A stretch of 64,000 bases of DNA from the human T2T-CHM13v2.0 reference genome, Homo sapiens. Of this stretch, positions 56,400-64,000 are shown piece after piece (the first letter of the stretch is position 1; each line of letters begins with the position of its first letter). Both the position numbers and the translations under genes were made by a program. The notes beneath the pieces are model-generated. The model had not been told where the DNA came from. It did not search any database and saw nothing but the letters and a program-made list of their open reading frames with translations. The stretch lies in assembly GCF_009914755.1 (NCBI RefSeq), contig NC_060948.1, one strand, 5' to 3'.

Positions 56400-59300
56400 A
56401 TGGAATCAAATCAATGGAATCAAATCAAATGGAATGGAAAGGAATTGAATGGAGTACATTGGATTGGATGGGATTGGAATGAAATGTACTGGAAAGGACT
56501 CGAATTTCATGAAACGGAATGGAATGAATTGGAACGGAATGGACTCGAATGGAATGGAATGTCATGGAATGGCATCAAATGGAATGGCATCAAATGGAAT
56601 GGAATCGAATGCAATGGAATGCTATGGAATGGAATGGAATGCATTGGAATGGAATGTCCTCTAATGGAATGGATTCGAGTGGAATGGAATCGAATATAAT
56701 GGAGTCGAATGAAATGGAATTGAAAAGAATGGGATCGAATACAATGGAATATACTGGAATGTAATGTAATGAACTCGAATGTAATTGACTGGAATGGAAT
56801 GTACATGAATGGAATGTAATCGAATGGAAAGTAATCCAATGGAATAGAATCTAATGCAATCAAATCGACTCAGATAGAGTAGAATGTAATGGAATGGAGT
56901 GCAGTGCAATGGAATGGAATGGAATGGAATGCAATGGAATGGAATGGAATGGAATGGAATGGAATGGAATGGAATGGGATGGAATGGTATGGAATGGACA
57001 GTAATGGACTGGAGTGAAATGGACTGGAAAGGAATGGACTCAAATTGAAAGGGCTCGAAAGGAATGGAGACAAATGGAATGGTCTGGAATGGAATGAACA
57101 CGAATGTAATGCAATACAATAGAATGGAGTCGAATGGCATGGAATATACAGAAATGGAATCGAAAAGAATGGAAACAAATGGAATGGAATTGAATGGAAT
57201 GGAATTGAATGGAATGGGAACGAATGGAGTGAAATTGTATGCAGTAGAAGAGAATAGAATGGAATGCAAGCGAAAGGAAAGGAATGGATTGGAATGGAAT
57301 GGAATTCATTGGAATGGAAGGGAATGTAGTGTAATGGACAGGCCTGGAATAAAGTGGAATGCTACGGTCTCGAATGGAATAAAAATGTATGGAATGGAAT
57401 GCAATGAAATGGAATCGAATGTCATAGAATGTAATGGAATGCAAAAAAATGGAATCCGAAATCATTGACTGGAAAGGCTGGGTGTCGAAAGGAATTGACT
57501 CCAATGGAATGGAATCGAATGGAATGGAAGTGAATAGAATCAAACTAAATCGAATGGAATGGAATTGATAGGAACGGAATGGAAAGGAATGCAATGATTT
57601 GGCATGGAATGGAACCGAATGGCATCGAATGGAATGGAATGGAATGCAATGGAATGGAATGTATTAGAATGTAATGAACTTTAATGGAATGTACTCGAAT
57701 GGATTCGACTGGAATGGAATGTTCTGGAAGTGAATGGACTCCAATGGAATGGATTCAAAAGGAATGGAATCGTACGGAATGGAATCTAATGGAATGGAAT
57801 TAAATGGAAATGAATCAAATTGAATAGCACGGAATTGAATTGAATGGAATGGAATGCAATGGAATCTAATGAAACGGAAAGGAAAGGAATGCAATGGAAT
57901 GGAATGGGCTGGAATGGAAAGGAATCGAAACGAATGGAATGGAATCGAACTGAAGAGACTGGAATGGAATGCACTGGAATGGAAGGGAGTGTAATGGAAG
58001 GTTCTCGAAAATAATGGAATCGAATGGAATGGAATTGAATGGAACGGAATAGAGTCGAATGGAATTGAATGGAATGGAATGGACTAGAGTGAAATGGAAT
58101 CGAACCACAAGGAATGGACAGGAATAGAATGGTCTCGAATTGAATGGAATCGTATGGAATGGCATCAAACGGAATGGAATGGACAGCCACGGAATGGAAT
58201 GCACTCGAATGCAATGGAGTCGAAACTAATGGACTGGAATAGAAAGAACTCGACTGCTACGGACTCCAATGGAATGGAATCGAATGGAAGGGAATCGAAC
58301 GGAATGGACTCGAAGGGAAAAGACTGCAATGGAAAGGTCTCGAATGGAATGGAAATTAATGGAATGGAATGGAATCGAATGAAATGGAGTCAAAAGGAAT
58401 GGAATCGAATGGCAAGAAATCAAATGTAATGGAATCGCAAGGAATTGATGTGAACGGAACGGAATGGAATGGAATCCAAAGGAATGGAATAGAATGGAAT
58501 GGAATCGAATGGAAAGGACTCGAATGGAAATCACTCGAATAGAATGCAATTTAATAAAATAGGATCAAATGTAATGGAATGGAATGGAAAGGAATCGAAA
58601 CGAAAGGAATGGAGACAGATGGAATGGAATGGAACAGAGAGCAATGGTATAGAATGGAATGGAATCATCTGGAATGGAATTGAATGGAATGGAATAATAT
58701 GAAATGGAATGGAATGGAATGGAATGGAATGCCCTTGAATTAAATGGACTGGAATGGACTGGACTCGAACAGAGTGGAATGGAAAGTGTTGAGATAGAAT
58801 GGAATGGACTCCTTTGGAATGGGGTAGTATGCAATGTAATCGACTGGCAGGGAATCAAAAGGAATGTAATCGAATGGATTGGACTGGAATGCAATGGACT
58901 CGAATAGATTGGAAACGGAATGCAAAGGAATGGAATGGAATAGTATGGAATGGAATGGAAAGGAATGGAGTGGAATAGACTAGAGTGGAATGGAATGGAC
59001 TGGAAAGCAATGGAATGGAATGGAACTTTCTTGAATGGACTGGAATCAAACGGAATGGAATGCAATGCAATCAAATGGCATGGAATAAAATAGAATGAAA
59101 GAGAATCAAATGGAATTGAATCGAATGGAATCGAATGGATTGGAAAGGAATAGAATGGAATGGAATGGAATTGACTCAAATGGAATGGACTAGAATGGAA
59201 TGGATTCGAATGGAAGGCAAAGGAATGGAATCTATTGGAATGGAATGTAATGGAATGGAATGGAAGGGATTGGAATGGACTCGAATGGAATGGACTGCAA

Positions 59301-59963
59301 TAGAAAGGATTCGAATGGAATGAAAAAGAATTGAATGGAATAGAACAGAATGGAATCAAATCGAATGAAATGGAATGGAATAGAAAGGAATGGAATGAAA
59401 TGGAATGGAAAGGATTCGAATGGAATGCAATCGAATGGAATGGAATCGAACGGAATGGAATAAAATGGAAGAAAACTGGCAAGAAATGGAATCGAAATGA
59501 ATGGAGTGTTATGGAATGGACGCAAAAGGAATTGAATGTAATAGAATGGAGTGGAGTGGACTCGAATATAATGGACTGGAATGGAATGAAATCACACGGA
59601 ATGGGAACGAATGGAATGGAATGGAAAGGAATGGAATCGAATGGAAAGGAATCGAATGGAAGGGAATGAAATTGAATCAACAGGAATGGAAGGGAATAGA
59701 ATAGACGGTAATGGAATGGACTCGAATAGAATGGACACGAATGCTCAAATTGAATGGACTCGAATGGAATGGAAAGGAAAGGAATGTCATCGAATGGAAT
59801 TGAATCGATTGGAATGAAATCGCATAGAATGGAGTGGAATCAAATGGAATTGAATCGAAAGGAAAGGAAGCGAATGGACTGAAATGAAATGGAATGGAAT
59901 TGAATGGAAAGTAATGCAATGGAATAGAATGGAACGAAATTTCACGGAATGGAATCAAACTGA
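56400..59963 (+). repeat. DYZ1 unit 17 (3564 bp)
   Basis: Landmark spacing. Shares rare variants with unit 12. Confidence 0.9.
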
Positions 59964-62900
59964 ATGGAATCAAATCAATGGAATCAAATCAAATGGAATG
60001 GAAAGGAATTGAATGGAGTAGATTGGATTGGATGGGATTGGAATGAAATGTACTGGAAAGGACTCGAATTTCATGAAACGGAATGGAATGAATTGGAACG
60101 GAATGGACTCGAATGGAATGGAATGTCATGGAATGGCATCAAATGGAATGGCATCAAATGGAATGGAATCGAATGCAATGGAATGCTATGGAATGGAATG
60201 GAATGCATTGGAATGGAATGTCCTCTAATGGAATGGATTCGAGTGGAATGGAATCGAATATAATGGAGTCGAATGAAATGGAATTGAAAAGAATGGGATC
60301 GAATACAATGGAATATACTGGAATGTAATGTAATGAACTCGAATGTAATTGACTGGAATGGAATGTACATGAATGGAATGTAATCGAATGGAAAGTAATC
60401 CAATGGAATAGAATCTAATGCAATAAAATCGACTCAGATAGAGTAGAATGTAATGGAATGGAGTGCAGTGCAATGGAATGGAATGGAATGGAATGCAATG
60501 GAATGGAATAGAATGGAATGGAATGGGATGGAATGGTATGGAATGGATAGTAATGGACTGGAGTGAAATGGACTGGAAAGGAATGGACTCAAATTGAAAG
60601 GGCTCGAAAGGAATGGAGGCAAATGGAATGGTCTGGAATGGAATGAACACGAATGTAATGCAATCCAATAGAATGGAGTCGAATGGCATGGAATATACAG
60701 AAATGGAATCGAAAAGAATGGAAACAAATGGAATGGAATTGAATGGAATGGAATTGAATGGAATGGGAACGAATGGAGTGAAATTGTATGCAGTAGAAGA
60801 GAATAGAATGGAATGCAAGCGAAAGGAAAGGAATGGATTGGAATGGAATGGAATTCATTGGAATGGAAGGGAATGTAGTGTAATGGACAGGCCTGGAATA
60901 AAGTGGAATGCTACGGTCTCGAATGGAATAAAAATGTATGGAATGGAATGCAATGAAACGGAATCGAATGTCATAGAATGTAATGGAATGCAAAAAAATG
61001 GAATCCAAAATCATTGACTGGAAAGGCTGGGTGTCGAAAGGAATTGACTCCAATGGAATGGAATCGAATGGAATGGAAGTGAATAGAATCAAACTAAATC
61101 GAATGGAATGGAATTGATAGGAACGGAATGGAAAGGAATGCAATAATTTGGCATGGAATGGAACCGAATGGCATCGAATGGAATGGAATGGAATGCAATG
61201 GAATGGAATGTATTAGAATGTAATGAACTTTAATGGAATGTACTCGAATGGATTCGACTGGAATGGAATGTTCTGGAAGTGAATGGACTCCAATGGAATG
61301 GATTCAAAAGGAATGGAATCGTACAGAATGGAATCTAATGGAATGGAATTAAATGGAAATGAATCAAATTGAATAGCACGGAATTGAATTGAATGGAATG
61401 GAATGCAATGGAATCTAATGAAACGGAAAGGAAAGGAATGGAATGGAATGGAATGGGCTGGAATGGAAAGGAATCGAAACGAATGGAATGGAATCGAACT
61501 GAAGAGACTGGAATGGAATGCACTGGAATGGAAGGGAGTGTAATGGAAGGTTCTCGAAAATAATGGAATCGAATGGAATGGAATTGAATGGAACGGAATA
61601 GAGTCGAATGGAATTGAATGGAATGGAATGGACTAGAGTGAAATGGAATCGAACCACAAGGAATGGACAGGAATAGAATGGTCTCGAATTGAATGGAATC
61701 GTATGGAATGGCATCAAACGGAATGGAATGGACAGCCACGGAATGGAATGCACTCGAATGCAATGGAGTCGAAACTAATGGACTGGAATAGAATGGACTC
61801 GACTGGTACGGACTCCAATGGAATGGAATCGAATGCAAGGGAATCGAACGGAATGGACTCGAAGGGAAAAGACTGCAATGGAAAGGTCTCGAATGGAATG
61901 GAAATTAATGGAATGGAATGGAATCGAATGAAATGGAGTCAAAAGGAATGGAATCGAATGGCAAGAAATCAAATGTAATGGAATCGCAAGGAATTGATGT
62001 GAACGGAACGGAATGGAATGGAATCCAAAGGAATGGAATAGAATGGAATGGAATCGAATGGAAAGGACTCGAATGGAAATCACTCGAATAGAATGCAATT
62101 TAATAAAATAGGATCAAATGTAATGGAATGGAATGGAAAGGAATCGAAACGAAAGGAATGGAGACAGATGGAATGGAATGGAACAGAGAGCAATGGTATA
62201 GAATGGAATGGAATCATCTGGAATGGAATTGAATGGAATGGAATAATATGAAATGGAATGGAATGGAATGGAATGGAATGCCCTTGAATTAAATGGACTG
62301 GACTCGAACAGAGTGGAATGGAAAGTGTTGAGATAGAATGGAATGGACTCCTTTGGAATGGTGTAGTATGCAATGCAATCGACTGGCAGGGAATCAAAAG
62401 GAATGTAATGGAATGGATTGGACTGGAATGCAATGGACTCGAATAGATTGGAAACGGAATGCAAAGGAATGAAATGGAATAGTATGGAATGGAATGGAAA
62501 GGAATGGAGTGGAATAGACTAGAGTGGGATGGAATGGACTGGAAAGCAATGGAATGGAATGGAACTTTCTTGAATGGACTGGAATCAAACGGAATGGAAT
62601 GCAATGCAATCAAATGGCATGGAATAAGATAGAATGAAAGAGAATCAAATGGAATAGAATCGAAAGGAATCGAATGGATTGGAAAGGAATAGAATGGAAT
62701 GGAATGGAATTGACTCAAATGGAATGCACTAGAATGGATTGGATTCGAATGGAAGGCAAAGGAATGGAATCTATTGGAATGGACTGTAATGGAATGGAAT
62801 GGAAGGGATTGGAATGGACTCGAATGGAATGGACTGCAATAGAAAGGATTCGAATGGAATGAAAAAGAATTGAATGGAATAGAACAGAATGGAATCAAAT

Positions 62901-63502
62901 CGAATGAAATGGAATGGAATAGAAAGGAATGGAATGAAATGGAATGGAAAGGATTCGAATGGAATGCAATCGAATGGAATGGAATCGAACGGAATGGAAT
63001 AAAATGGAAGAAAACTGGCAAGAAATGGAATCGAAATGAATGGAGTGTTATGGAACGGACTCAAAAGGAATTGAATGTAATAGAATGGAGTGGAGTGGAC
63101 TCGAATATAATGGACTGGAATGGAATGAAATCACATGGAATGGGAACGAATGGAATGGAATGGAAAGGAATGGAATCAAATGGAAAGGAATCGAATGGAA
63201 GGGAATGAAATTGAATCAACAGGAATGGAAGGGAATAGAATAGACGGTAATGGAATGGACTCGAATAGAATGCACACGAATGCTCAAATTGAATGGACTC
63301 GAATGGAATGGAAACGAAAGGAATGTCATCGAATGGAATTGAATCGATTGGAATGAAATCGCATAGAATGGAGTGGAATCAAATGGAATTGAATCGAAAG
63401 GAAAGGAAGCGAATGGACTGAAATGAAATGGAATGGAATTGAATGGAAAGTAATGCAATGGAATAGAATGGAACGAAATTTCACGGAATGGAATCAAACT
63501 GA
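59964..63502 (+). repeat. DYZ1 unit 18 (3539 bp)
   Basis: Landmark spacing. 10-bp deletion at ~62298, also seen in units 9 and 10. Confidence 0.9.
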
Positions 63503-64000
63503 ATGGAATCAAATCAATGGAACATAATCAAATGGAATGGAAAGGAATTGAATGGAGTAGATTGGATTGGATGGGATTGGAATGAAATGTACTGGAAAGG
63601 ACTCGAATTTCATGAAACGGAATGGAATGAATTGGAACGGAATGGACTCGAATGGAATGGAATGTCATGGAATGGCATCAAACGGAATGCCATCAAATGG
63701 GATGGAATCGAATGCAATGGAATGCTATGGAATGGAATGGAATGCATTGGAATGGAATGTCCTCTAATGGAATGGATTCGGGTGGAATGGAATCGAATAT
63801 AATGGAGTCGAATGAAATGGAATTGAAAGGAATGGGATCGAATACAATGGAATATACTGGAATGTAACGTAATGAACTCGAATGTAATTGACTGGAATGG
63901 AATGTACATGAATGGAATGTAATCGAATGGAAAGTAATCCAATGGAATAGAATCTAATGCAATAAAATCGACTGTAGTAGAATAGAATGTAATGGAATGG
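63503..64000 (+). repeat. Partial DYZ1 unit 19, more diverged
   Basis: Same landmarks as the starts of other units but with about a dozen substitutions in ~500 bp. Confidence 0.85.

Larger units (their letters stand above)
1..64000 (+). repeat. DYZ1: Human satellite 3 (HSat3) array, DYZ1 family (Yq12 heterochromatin); GGAAT-rich strand on +
   Basis: The entire window consists of GGAAT pentamers and variants (CGAAT, GGACT, TGAAT, GCAAT). Unique landmarks recur every ~3.55 kb, and several units are exactly 3564 bp, the classical DYZ1 unit length. Each unit has one EcoRI site (GAATTC, 1076-1081 in unit 1) and one AGGCCT/HaeIII site (1114-1119). The array contains GGACAGGCCTGGAATAAAGTGGA and TTGAATGGAATGGGAACGAATGG, which I recall as DYZ1 sexing-PCR primer sites (154 bp span, 4527-4680). 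Confidence 0.96.

Noticed and set aside
37266-59680. Recurrent 371-aa minus-strand ORFs (37266-38381, 40785-41900, 44334-45449 and others) and the 305-313 aa ORFs
   Set aside because: (ATTCC)n translates stop-free as IPFHS repeats. These ORFs are low-complexity, open and close with single SNVs between units, and show no domain or gene structure.
194-63802. Plus-strand MEWNG-type ORFs repeated in every unit
   Set aside because: These are direct translations of (GGAAT)n. ATG occurs in almost every pentamer, so start codons carry no information.
1-64000. CRISPR-like or repeat-spacer interpretation
   Set aside because: There are no unique spacers, no constant 23-50 bp repeat and no cas genes. 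The sequence is eukaryotic satellite.
1-64000. DYZ2/HSat1B, Alu, L1 or other insertions; inversions
   Set aside because: None was seen. Every segment fits the DYZ1 unit, and the GGAAT strand never switches.
1-64000. HSat2 or a non-Y HSat3 assignment
   Set aside because: The HSat2 CATTCGATTC-dominated 23/26-bp structure is absent. The 3.56 kb period, restriction pattern and landmark sequences fit DYZ1.

Overview
The whole 64 kb is one uninterrupted, single-orientation array of human satellite 3 (degenerate GGAAT/ATTCC pentamers). It is organised as a ~3.55 kb macro-repeat matching DYZ1 of Yq12 heterochromatin: modal unit length 3549-3564 bp, one EcoRI site and one HaeIII/StuI site per unit, and four pentamer-register shifts per unit. 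The window holds 18 complete units plus two partial ones. I see no genes, RNA genes, transposons, DYZ2/Alu segments or inversions. All ORFs in the track are artefacts of translating the pentamer. The main points of interest are: three perfect 15-bp heat-shock elements per unit (52 of 54 intact by my reading); a 645-bp deletion unit with 20-bp junction microhomology; mosaic units, with shared variants recurring at 2-, 5- and 9-unit spacings; a recent near-identical expansion; one unit with a cluster of T>A changes; and rising divergence at the right edge. I find no support for a new protein-coding system. All variant calls were made by eye and need confirming by alignment.
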